Part shown: positions 53,283 to 64,000 of the stretch, one piece after another | Layout of the letters: each line of letters opens with the position of its first letter | Position numbering within the stretch: the stretch's first letter is position 1 | DNA from: Raja brachyura | Lineage: Eukaryota | Reading direction: 5' to 3' | Length of the DNA: 64,000 bases | Assembly (NCBI GenBank): GCA_963514005.1 | Contig: OY740799.1 | Location: 10,416,001 to 10,480,000 of the forward strand | Notes under the pieces: generated by a model | The model's input: only the letters and a program-made list of their open reading frames with translations | Told to the model about the DNA's origin: nothing | The model's database searches: none | Translations under genes and position numbers: made by a program

Positions 53283-53840
53283 CTATCCTCTGTGTGAACA
53301 AAAACATTGCCCTGCACATCTCTGTAAACTTTGCCCCTCACACCAGTTATGGACTTGAACCCCAAGATCCCTCTGACCATCAATGTTGTTAATGATTTTG
53401 CCATTAATTGTATCTTCGACCTTCCAAAGTGCAAGACATCATACTTGCTCGGATTAAACTCCATCTGTCATTTCTCCAACCATTTCTGTAGCTGATCTAT
53501 ATAATGTATACTCATCTACTGTTTACATTGACAGCCTTCCTCACAGTCCAGAACTTCAGCAATCTGCAAATTTACTAACCACCCCATTCTACATTTACAG
53601 CCAAATAGTAATTTATATATATCACAAACAACAGGGGTCTGTGGCCAGAAGGATAACATTACGGAATGTCATCCTTCCACCACAGCCCTCTATCAGTAAG
53701 CCAGTTCTGAATCTATACCACCAAGTCACTGTGAATCGCCTGCATCTTAATCTTTTGGGTCGACCTCAAATAAGTTCCGAACTACATACAGTAGATGTGG
53801 GGGCATTGGTTTTTGTCTTTTTGCACTATTATTGGCTTTT

Positions 53841-53968
53841 NNNNNNNNNNNNNNNNNNNNNNNNNNNNNNNNNNNNNNNNNNNNNNNNNNNNNNNNNNNN
53901 NNNNNNNNNNNNNNNNNNNNNNNNNNNNNNNNNNNNNNNNNNNNNNNNNNNNNNNNNNNNNNNNNNNN
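53841..53968. other. Assembly gap (128 N) inside a Rex1-like 3' UTR
   Basis: Run of N; flanks are homologous to the reverse complement of 11110-11280. Confidence 0.97.
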
Positions 53969-54849
53969 TTATTATATTGTTTACAGTGCACTATGTTTAC
54001 ATATTCCATTGTGCTGCTGCAAGTAAGAATTTAATTGTTCTATCTGGGACATATGACAATAAAACACTCTTGGGGACTTTACCAAATACCAATCTTGCCA
54101 TTTTTCCCTCAAGAAGACACCTTGAAGTGAGTGGGGTGGTTTGTTTGCTCCCATATAATTCTGCCAGCTGAGCAGACAGGAGCCAATCTCCTGGTTGAGG
54201 ATTCCTCATGGGACAGACCATGCTAGAAGGCAACGTGCTAGAAATCAGGCTGATAGGCCAACCAGCTAACAAATGCTGTGTCAATGTAGGCTTTTGGAGT
54301 GGAATTAAGAGCATGATCTTGACTGACCCATGTTCTGAATTGAGAGATCATCTTTCAGAGGAAATTTTAATGACTCTCAATAGTTCTGCTGCCAAGTGTT
54401 TTAGATTATTTTTCCTGATAACTTCAAAAGGTCATTTGCCAATTACGCTCACTGCGGTTTGGGGGAAGATCAATGAAGTATCTCAAAATAAGACATTAAC
54501 CCCACCATGTCACCCTGCAGATGTTGATGGATCTGCTGTGCATTTCTACAGTTGAGTAAAGAAAACCATTCGTTTTGATAATAAACTGTAACTGTGGAAT
54601 AGACAGGAAATTTAATGTCACTTTTGTACGTGTAATGATCCGCTGCAGCAACAGGTCGTCATCTCCTTGAACCATTTCTCTTGGCCTGACACCAGGAACC
54701 CAGTGTGAGTGATACTGTCTCTGCTCATGACCACACAATGGAAGGGCACCATGTACACCACAGGTGTGTATCTCAGGATTCATTCCATGTTATATGTCTC
54801 TATATTTGTTTATGGTTTTACATGAAAAGGTAATCAAGTACATCAGTAT

Positions 54850-55090
54850 GTTTTAAATGAGTGCCTATGTGTGTACATGCTTATTGTGTGACTGTGCCTG
54901 TGTGCAGGATTTGTTCATATATGGGTCTTTATATATATATATTTGTCTTTTACATGAATGTGTACAAACGCATACATTCAGCTGTGCATTGCACGTACAT
55001 TGTATGTGCATACACATCTATATTTGCTTTTCTATACATGTGTTTGTGTGCATTCATGTATGTTCTGTGAGGGGTACATCAATAAACAAT
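54850..55090. repeat. Low-complexity TG/TA-rich region
   Basis: Degenerate (TG)n/(TA)n; produces spurious Cys/Val/Tyr-rich ORFs. Confidence 0.7.
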
Positions 55091-55394
55091 TGTATTTTTT
55101 CATAAATGTACTGCATCGCATCTGCAAAACATTCATAGGTTGGAGCTGCAGTTGGTGAATGTTTCATGGTAGTAGTTTATTTAAGTATAATGCAGGTGCA
55201 ATATCATAGAGCAATGTCACGGTAACTGACACACAGTGAGCAGTTACTGGGTTGAATACTGCTTCAAGGTGCACAATCAGAAGAATAATGTGCACAGCAT
55301 TGAACCTTACCTCACCGAGCCTACATCTACCTGCATAGCTCTATACAACATCTCAGCTGAAAAAAAAACCCTCCATCTCCCAGTTTAACAACTA

Positions 55395-55730
55395 AAACTA
55401 ATCTATTAAAAAATTGGCTTCAATTCATAATTGGGGTTAATTAGGCGATTTCAACAACGGGAGTAAATTTCTTGCTGCCTTCAGTGTCAGTGAGCCAGAA
55501 CCAGCCGGGGCGCTGCTGCTGATCCAGCGATTAATCCCCCTTGTTAATCATCTAGAGTACTTCAACCCACCTGGCAGGGATTATTGAGAGTTGTCAGAGA
55601 GGATCAACTTGCTTCCTAACTCCTGTCACAGATGTGTCTGTCTGGAGCTAATCCAAAATTCCCAGATGGCTTCCCCTCAATAACTAAGTTTAAAGGCAAA
55701 TGCAGAAGAAGTTCCAGGGATCAGATGAGA
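55395..55730. promoter_or_regulatory. Candidate sensory/photoreceptor enhancer (motif cluster only)
   Basis: TAATCC 55532, TAATCA 55545, GGATTA 55578, TAATCC 55649, TGCTGA 55517, and CAGATG at 55629, 55663 and 55722, all in non-repetitive DNA. Confidence 0.4.
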
Positions 55731-56659
55731 GGCCAGATATCTGAAACTGCGTTACTCAAAGGGAAGTGCAATGGTACAGAGTAATGGCTCTCTTCCCATT
55801 GATCTAAATTCTTCCACTCTGTTTATCTCTACAGGGTGTTGGCCAAAGACCCAGATCATGTCCTCTGACAATTTAACTAATTTGGTATAAATTTGCGTCA
55901 AGCGGCTATGACCTGGAATGTGCTGCCCAAAAAAAAAATGGAATGGGAAATACTGAAATGAGTAGACTTGGTTTATAATAATTTTCAATGATCCAGTGAA
56001 GTAATTTCCAGATGTGTGATTAATACTGAGATATGTGCTGAAAGGAGGGAGACACTTGGGTGATATCTTCAGAAGGATCTCGACCTGAAACGTCACCCAC
56101 TCTTTCTCTCCAGAGATGCTGCCTGTCCCGCTGAGTCACTCCAGCATTTGTGTCGATCTTCAGTTCAAACCAGCATCTGCAGTTCCTTTCTGCATGAGAT
56201 ATGTGAGGGCATGATTGGTGCATTAAAAGATATGGTGCAGAGATGGAGGATCGTGACGAATATAGTGAGAAAGGGGGTGGATTTGAAGTATATGTTGTGA
56301 GTTTGGGTGGTATCTACCCATTTAAACAGAGTGAGCCAAACACTCTACTGGTCATTACGATCTCTATTTTCTCCAAGGGCCAGACTCTCTCCAGAACTCT
56401 GGTTGGGTCGAACTAATCACTGAATGTGCCGACAGCTAGGACCAAACCTTTGTTTGCTGTACGGAATTATTACGATTGGTTCCGAAAAGACTCGAGTAAA
56501 TTTCACACTTGACACAGTCGGAAAATTAATATTTTATTTAAAATTATGGCAGCAGTTTACAACTGGATTTGTGAAGTTACAAACATTCAATGTTTCTGTG
56601 TAAACCATGACTTTATTTACTATAACCTTCGCTGGCAGTTTTTAAAATATTCCCATGTC

Positions 56660-57130
56660 TCGCTGTCTAACGCACCTGGAGTATGTGCTTGCTTCACATT
56701 AACTCACCTGATGTGTTTGTCCTCCCCTTGCACACTCTCTAACACACTTGATGTTTGTGCCTTCCTGTGGCACACTGTATAACACGCCTACTGTGTTTCC
56801 TGTAACTCTACAGGTGTGTGGCTATCTACACTAAATTCTCTATATACTGCATTTGTGTGCAAACTAATGTCACATCTTCTAACACAGCTGGTGTTTGTTT
56901 TCTCATATCTTACAATATCATATGTGTCTCATATACCAGGTGTGTCCATGCCTTCATGTTCTACACTATCTAACACATCAGGTGTATTTTCTGATATTGC
57001 AACCTGTCTAACTCAACTGCTACATGTGTTCTTTTTTTGTATATTGTACATGCAACATGTATGTGTCTATTCCCGTGTTGAACACTGTCTAACATCTCTG
57101 GTGTGCGTGTTGTGTACTATATCACACCAT
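56660..57130. repeat. Degenerate minisatellite, unit of roughly 40 bp (consensus about cacactgtctaacacacctggtgtgtgt)
   Basis: Recurrent ctaacac / cacctg / gtgt motifs. Confidence 0.55.
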
Positions 57131-57969
57131 CCTGACAGTGTTAAAATCTAAATCTGATTATCGACAGCCACAAAGAGGCTTGATGTTCTGTCTATCAACC
57201 TAGTTGTAACAGTTAATCTGTTGGAGAAAGTGCTTTCAATTCCATCATGACTACATGTATTGGCACAGGAATGCGCCGTGTATTACGACAATGTAACTCT
57301 GTGTACTGCGGACAAGATGTAGAAGCAATCACTTCACCTGTGACATTATTTTCTTTTAGCCCCAGAAAGAGCGGACTAACTCTGTGATATTTTGCTAACT
57401 AAATGGTTTGAAGAGTTTTTAGCAATTTGAGTGTGAACTTCCATTCTCCATTCCTCCTCCCCACCACCCCACTGCCAGGTTAGTGTGTATGAGAAGAGGC
57501 ACTAAGTCCTACGTCAAATAATTAAACCAATGCTTACTGACCATGCGACGTCCAAATGGAAGCGATGCTCTGCCACCTGTTTCCCTCCCTGTCGTATCTG
57601 CCAAATGTAGATTCTATAGAAACCAAAAAAACACAAACTTAGGATTGGGACTCTCGCAAGTCCTCTCAGTGCAGGCCCTCCAAGAGGGGTGATCTTATAC
57701 AGGTGTATAAAATCATGAGAGGAATAGATCGGGTAGACGCACAGAGTCAAAGACTTTTCAAAATATGTTCAGCTTTTGAAAATTCATGCTAGGATTTGAA
57801 TTATTAATTGAAATATGAATCTAATATCAGTACTAAAATCAGTCTGAAGTAGGGTCTTGATCCGAAGCGTCACCTATCCATGTTCTCCAGAGAAACTGCC
57901 TGATCCTAAGTTAGTCCAGCACTTTGTTTTTTTCTCAAGTTTGAAACATCAGCTGTTCCTTGTGTCTTC

Positions 57970-58560
57970 ATCCACTACTACTCTCTGTCTCCATCACCAA
58001 GCCAATTTTGAATCCAATTTGCCAACTCATCTTGGATCCCATGTGCCTTGATATTCTGGACCAACCCACCACATGGGACCTTGTCAAATACCTTACCGAA
58101 GTCCAAGCAGGCAATGTCTACTACTCTGCCTTCAGTGATCTTCTTAGTTAACGTCACAAAATACTCAATCAAATGAGTGTGAAAAAATCTATATGCTGCA
58201 CATCCCAGATCCGCTCTCATTGTACTTAGATCCTGTCATTTCCCCAGTAATGTCCCTGCTACATCATGCTCACCAGTCTGCAGTTTACCTGGCTTATCTC
58301 TGCTGCCCAGTTAAAATAAACGATCAACATTCTTCTTCTTCTTGTATATGGTGTGCACAGCTTAAAGTTGGAGGACAACTTGTTCTATTTGATCTTATTT
58401 GATTGTGCACGCCAGGTTGATTGCATTCATCGAAACAGGGCAGACCACGTGAAGGTTGCAATCTCCCACCCCGATCAACATTAGCTATCCTCCATGCTTC
58501 TGTTATCTTACCTACACTTAAGGAAGAAGCAGAGATCTCCATCAAAGTTTTATGATTCCC
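57970..58560 (-). mobile_element. Degenerate CR1 RT fragment (host of ribozyme-retroposon copy 3)
   Basis: VDIACLDFGKVFDKVPCGGLVQNIKAHGIQDELANWIQNWL (CR1 RT motif). Confidence 0.8.
58332..58472 (-). mobile_element. Short non-autonomous retroposon headed by an HDV-like ribozyme, copy 3 (putative catalytic C mutated to U)
   Basis: TSD gatcaacatt at 58322-58331 and 58473-58482; ribozyme fold at 58419-58472; (GAA)n tail; inserted into a CR1 fragment. Confidence 0.88.
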
Positions 58561-59360
58561 ATGACATCTAATGCCTCCTCCTCCTTCTTAATACTCACCT
58601 GCTCCAGATTATCCACATAGCCTTTCCTAACTCACGATCTTCCATGATGAGGAACATAACATAGAGGAAGAGGTCATGGTACTGAGCTCCAAATCTCATC
58701 AGTTTGCTCTCAAAGTCTTGCTGTATAATGGCACCTCTAACAGAAACAGAAGGAAGTTTCCGGGCACAGCAGCTGTGATTACTGCTGAACCTACTGGTTC
58801 TCGGGCAAAATTAGTTTGGAAGCTGGAGTTGAGTAACGAGGATTCTTCTTAAAGAGGCTACATAATCTGACAAAACAGTAATCTCCTGGGGCCTGTTCTC
58901 AATGGTTACTGCCTTTGGAATTTAGTGTCAACTTCACACTGTCAATGTCAGTCATTGAAATCGACGAGGGCATTGACTCTGCACTGATTGCCCTGTGGGA
59001 TAAAGATGACCTGCACATTCTGGATTAGTTTTGACTAGGGTGAGATTAAGCGTAGTGTGGGAAGAGCAAAGTAACCAAACTCAACCTTCTCCTCACCATG
59101 GAGGAGCTGGCAAGTTGCCTGGTAGGACTTGTAGCTCCACTTGACCCTGAGATTAGCCAACTGTGGCCAAAATTAGGATCTTTGTGTCTAATGCTTCAAT
59201 ATCACCAGAGACAGCCCATTTAGCAAATAGAGTACATTTTAAGCATGTAAAAAGGAACTGCAGAAACTGGTTTACACCGAAGATAGACACAAAATGCTGG
59301 AGTAACTCAGCGGGACAGGCGGCATCACTGGATAGAAGGAATGGGTGACGTTTAGGGTCA

Positions 59361-60376
59361 TAGAAACATAGACATAGAAAATAGGTGCAGGAGTAGGCCA
59401 TTCGGCCCTTCAAGCCTGCACCGCCATTCAATATGATCATGGCTGATCATCCAACTCAGTATCCCGTACCTGCCTTCTCTCCATACCCCCTGATCCCTTC
59501 AGCCACAAGGGCCACATCTAACTCCCTCTTAAACATAGCCAATGAACTGGCCTCAACTACCTTCTGTGGCAGAGAATTCCACAGATTCACCACTCTCTGT
59601 GTGAAAAATGCTTTTCTCATCTCGGTCTCAAAAGACTTCCCCCTTATCCTTAAACTGTGACCCTTGTTCTGGAGTTCCCCAACATCGGGAACAATCTTCC
59701 TGCATTTAGCCTGTTCAACCCCTTAAGAATTTTGTAAGTCTCTATAAGATCCCCCCTCAATCTTCTAAATTCCAGCGAGTACAAGCCGAGTCTATCCAGT
59801 CTTTCTTCATATGGAAGTCCTGCCATCCCAGGAATCAGTCTGGTGAACCTTCTCTGTACTCCCTCTATGGCAAGAATGTGTTTCCTCAGATTAGGAGACC
59901 AAAACTGTACGCAATACTCCAGGTGTGGCCTCACCAAGACCCTGTTCAACTGCAGTAGAACCTCCCTGCTCTTGTACTCAAATCCTTTTGCTATGAATGC
60001 CAACATACCATTCGCTTTCTTCACTGCCGGCTGCACCTGCATGCCTACTTTCAATGACTGGTGTACCATGACAGCCAGGTCTCGTTGCATCTCCCCTTTT
60101 CCTAATCGGCCAACCATTCAGATTATAGTCTACCCTCCTGTTTTTGCCACCAAAGTGGATAACCTCACATTTATCTTCATTATACTACATCTGCCATGTA
60201 TTTGCCCACTCACCCAACCTATCCAAGTCACCTTGCAGCCTCCTAGCATCCTCCTCACAGCTAACACTGTCCCCCAGCTTTATGACATCCGCAAACTTGG
60301 AGATGTTGCATTCAATTCCCTCATCCAGAACATTAATATATATTGTAAATAGCTGGGGGTCCCTGCACTGAGCTGA
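59361..60376 (-). mobile_element. Young CR1 LINE, 5'-truncated, with 7-bp TSD
   Basis: ORF 59650..60117 (KKANGMLAFI...LVRPHLEYCVQFWSP...LRGDLIETYKIL); (CTATGTTT)n-like tail at 59361-59380; agggtca duplicated at 59354-59360 and 60377-60383. Confidence 0.92.
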
Positions 60377-60664
60377 AGGGTCAAGACCCTTCTTCAGACT
60401 AAAGAAAAGTCACCCATTCCTTTTATTCAGATATGCTGCCTATCCCGTGGAGTAAATTTAAAAAATGTAACAGGACTGGGAATGATTTGTGGCTGCTCTG
60501 CCTTCAACGACTAACTTGGTGCCTCAACTTTCCCGCCCAATCTCCATACCTTGATTCCATTATCATCCACGATACCTAGTTCTTCATGAGATTACTGGAG
60601 TATTCCCTGAAGAGTTCCCAGTTCAGCAGTTGTTAATTCCTGCCTGCAATATTTCTGCCATACA

Positions 60665-60982
60665 AGACAGCATGGTTGCGCAGCGGTAGAGTTGCTGCCT
60701 TGCAGCACTCGCAGCGCCGGAGACCCGGGTCCGATCCCGACTACGGGTGCTGTCTGTACAGAGTTTCTATGTTCTCCCTGTTACCTGCGTGAGTTTTCTC
60801 TGGGATCTTCGGTTTCCTCCCACACTTCAAAGCTGTACAGGCTTGTAGGTTAATTGGCTTGGTATAAGTGTATATTGTCCCTAGTTTGTATAAGAGAGTG
60901 TTAGTGTGTGGGGATCGCTGTTGGGCACGGACTGGGTGGGGCAAAGGGTCTGTTTCCGCGCTGTATCTCTAAACTAAACTAA
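60665..60982 (+). mobile_element. HE1-type V-SINE, full length. Other copies: about 8268-8455 -, 24520-24680 +, 39350-39665 -, 45725-46030 -, 48315-48580 +, 48590-48785 +, 49730-50020 +, 61100-61392 -
   Basis: A/B-box-like head gcagcggtagagttgctgcc...gggtccgatccc, V-domain, (ctaaa)n tail. Confidence 0.82.
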
Positions 60983-62964
60983 GAGACTGCAGTCTTTTTC
61001 CGTGTTCCTTAACATACCAACCCACCCCAGCCCGCGATTGATGCGTATCAGCAGTAGACCCTCTGAGGTTACTGTATCTGCAAGCACAAATGGACGCAGG
61101 GTTTAGAGCCACAATGCAGAAAGTGGCCCTTTGGCCCACAGAGTCAGCACTGACCAGCGATCCCAGCACATTAACACAATCCACACACATTAGGGACAAT
61201 TGTTTTACACATACACCAAGCCAATTAACCTACATACCTGTATATCTTTGGAGTGTGGGAGGAAACCGAAGATCTCGGAGAAAACCCATACAGTTATGGG
61301 AATCAACAAACTCCGACACACATGACCCGTAGTCGGGATCGAACCCAGGTCTCGGCGCTGCAAGGCAGCAACTCTACCACTGCCCCACCGTGGCAGCCCC
61401 CATAAGAAAGCCATCACTATGCACAGTGGCCCAGCCAAGACAAGTAACTCCATGCAGCCACTGGTTAGCAGCCATGGGCAGGAGCTCTGGCTGCCTACTC
61501 ACCGGGCACTGGGACTATTTATAAAGCCATCTGCTCGCATAACCAGGTGAAACCATACACCTGAACTGTGGAGCTCAGCTTTTCACCAGTTGCCTTGTGT
61601 ACCCATCTCTATACTTACATGAATAAAAACAAAAAAAAAGCAGGAAACACCAGCAGGTCAGGCTGCATCTGTGGAGAGAGAAACCAGAGTTAACTTTTCA
61701 GGTTGTTGGTTAGATTCTGCCTGTCCTACTGAATATTTCCACCCTTTTCTGTTTCAATTTCAGATTTTCAGAATTTTTTTAATTTACGTTGCTAATCCTC
61801 TTATTACTCTGAATGGCCAAACCAACACCTGCCTAACAGCCTCAGAATTGTAAAAGTTACAATTGTCATTAGCCAAACACATCTCATTAAATGAACAGAC
61901 GCATTATTTCCCCTCAACCTGCACTCTAATACATCTAGATTATTGAACACGAGACTTCTTAATCGTTCAAAAAATATAAACAAGAGCACATATTCTGGCT
62001 GCATTGTTCACCGTGATAATACGTGTTGATCGCTTCTCAATGAACTTGTACCAGTGACGCAATAGAAGTTTGTTTATCTATAACGTTGTCAACACTTCAG
62101 TACGGAGAGAATTGCAGTCATTGTGAAGCACCTTTAATATTAAAGGTTCCCCTTTTCAAAGGAAACCCAAGTGCAAAATGCCCTACATGTTGGCAAAACA
62201 GTCCTTAACTGTGCATTACAATTACAAAATTCTCCCACAAAATTTAAGGATTGTACGACCTATCTAAGCAGCACAGAGAGGATTGATTTGGCAGAGATGA
62301 GAATGAGAGCTTGAGGGTTTTGTTGTGCGATAAACATAAGTACAATCACAACCTGGCAAACCAGCTGTCGATGCTGAATCGACGGTTCATCTGCATTACC
62401 AGGAAAAGGAAATTTTCATGCTCTACATGTGTTTACTCAAAATATTGGCTTTTAATTTTGATACCATTACATTCAGTTTGGGACATGCTTCAAGGTTTCC
62501 TGTAAGATCGTTTCTGGCCAATTTATAACTACCGCCAATTAGATCAACAGATTGTCCCATAGCGTTGAAGACCTTTCCTTTCCAAGCATCTATCCAAAGT
62601 CTTTATGAATTAATCTTTGCACAAAGCACGGGGTAATCATAAACATTCAAGACATAACGAGAATTTCTCCTCATTACTCTTCAATTTGGTAACCAATTTC
62701 CTTTCTGCATTTCGGTTATGTATCTGATCGTTAATTCTCACTAGAATGTATTAATTTATCTCCGACATAAGATCCTTTCCTCCTTTAAACCCTTCTCAGA
62801 GTTGCTGGAGTTTTGTTACATCAGCTTCAAGTCTTCGGCTACAAAGATGCCGTACCAACCAACACTGAAGTCAACCTAGATCTTACTAAATTTTACTGTC
62901 CACTCTCTGTAACAAAGTCACAGTGATATGCTTCTTTGTTCATTGTCGGAAGAAGTGCTCTGCT

Positions 62965-63049
62965 CTCTGGCTGTAGTTGGCAAGTCTAGAACCACCGGAT
63001 CCCTCTATCTCACCAGTGTGAGTTCTACCATTGCCAAAAGCAGCCAGGG
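62965..63049 (-). ncRNA. MIR182: pre-miR-182 hairpin (5p 63015-63038; 3p 62974-62994)
   Basis: Reverse complement of 63015-63038 is UUUGGCAAUGGUAGAACUCACACU (miR-182-5p). Reverse complement of 62974-62994 is UGGUUCUAGACUUGCCAACUA (3p). Flanks ctggctg/cagccag extend the lower stem. Position downstream of NRF1 matches known synteny. Confidence 0.98.
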
Positions 63050-63627
63050 ACTCGCTCCTCCCACTATATCAAGGCAAGAGTCCTCCTCAGATAAAGTGCC
63101 TGCACTACATTGGTGCAGTGAGAGAAACCCATGAAGTCTTCCTGCACCCGTCTCTGTGAGCAGACGGTTCAGCATTAGAAATAATGGATATAAAAGGAGT
63201 GTGACAAGAAAATCAATACCATTGATGCAGCTCAGTTACCAGTGGCGGAAAGAGAGCAAGGTCACAAAACACAAGCAGCGCCTTGCCAACATTAACCAGT
63301 CAAGCGGCAGAAGGTGAGATCACAAATGTGCAGGCAACATGATCACCAGCACTGCAGCGAGCAGGCAGGATAATAGAGATAAAATACAGTTTTCAGAACC
63401 ATTCATAGCACCCCTTCCCCAACTAATCTTCTCCACAATTCCCCATCCTTCCACATTCTTCGGCAGACCTTGAGGGCCAGGTTTGGTGTCCCTTGTCCTT
63501 TGCTTCTTGATCCACCTCACTTTCTGTCTTTCTTTCAGTGGTGTCTCAGGCCACGGACATTTCACCCGAGGCACTGCGTGGTGGGTAGGGTCGCATTCTC
63601 GCCCAGGACCATGGTGGTTGCTGTGCT

Positions 63628-63713
63628 TCCTTTTCCTATATTGGCACTACACATAATTGCTCAAAGTCCATATACAAAAGCAAAAATGTGCTAGTGCCAA
63701 AATGGGCAAAGGA
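63628..63713 (-). ncRNA. MIR96: pre-miR-96 hairpin (5p 63679-63701; 3p 63638-63659)
   Basis: Reverse complement of 63679-63701 is UUUGGCACUAGCACAUUUUUGCU (miR-96-5p). The 3p arm CAAUUAUGUGUAGUGCCAAUAU pairs with it. Same strand and order as the known 183-96-182 cluster. Confidence 0.98.
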
Positions 63714-64000
63714 GAGATTCCTTTACTTTCTGCCATCTCAGCTCTTTTCCAAAGCATCCTCATCAGTTCCAATCCTCTGAAGAACTTGGACGACATTTTC
63801 TTGGCATGGAGGTAGTAAATCATGCAATTAGTTGATTCATGTATTCTTACTAATTGTTGCAAACGTGACTCAATGTAATGGAGACACAAGGAACTACAGA
63901 TGCTGGTTTACAAAAAAGGAAATAAAGTGGTGGAGTAACTCAAATGGTCAGGCAGCAGCTCAAGAGAACATGGATAGGTGACTTTTCCGATCAAGACACT

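Larger units (their letters stand above)
52950..53760 (-). mobile_element. Degenerate CR1 fragments (host of ribozyme-retroposon copy 2)
   Basis: MEFNPSKYDVLHFGRS peptide; CR1 3'-end sequence. Confidence 0.7.

Noticed and set aside
53641-54171. ORFs spanning X runs
   Set aside because: Artefacts of the assembly gap.
56660-57130. Repeat-spacer-like periodicity
   Set aside because: Degenerate eukaryotic minisatellite, not a CRISPR-like array; units are not conserved and spacers are not distinct.
59650-60352. Long ORFs on both strands (155 and 169 aa)
   Set aside because: CR1 ORF2 remnant and its antisense shadow, not host genes.
60665-60750. tRNA-like sequence
   Set aside because: It is the head of a V-SINE with no complete cloverleaf, so not called as a tRNA gene.
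63714-64000. miR-183
   Set aside because: The mature sequence was not found on either strand within the window.

Overview
Vertebrate genomic DNA, almost certainly an elasmobranch (shark/skate/ray), judged from its HE1-type V-SINEs, CR1/HER1 LINEs and SacSINE-like repeats. The + strand carries the last six coding exons of NRF1 (nuclear respiratory factor 1): 6017-6175, 8676-8861, 13809-13910, 15617-15774, 20255-20379 and 39971-40143. They are all bounded by GT-AG, phase-compatible, and together give 903 nt (300 aa + stop). About 23 kb downstream, convergent on the - strand, lie miR-182 and miR-96 of the sensory-organ miR-183/96/182 cluster; miR-183 is not inside the window. The rest is mostly transposon debris: CR1, Rex1, Penelope-like elements, V-SINEs and PIF/Harbinger-like MITEs. 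Most ORFs in the supplied track are spurious or TE remnants. The most striking observation is a 134-141 bp retroposon family in three copies (11395-11528 -, 53143-53282 +, 58332-58472 -). Each copy has a 10-12 bp target-site duplication and begins exactly at G1 of a 54-nt minimal HDV/CPEB3-like self-cleaving ribozyme fold, followed by a stem-loop and an A/G-rich, (GAA)n-type tail. Also noted: Penelope-associated minimal hammerhead motifs (including a palindromic pair), two candidate alternative NRF1 3' exons, and a candidate photoreceptor-type enhancer. All identifications were made by eye against remembered reference sequences; no searches were run.
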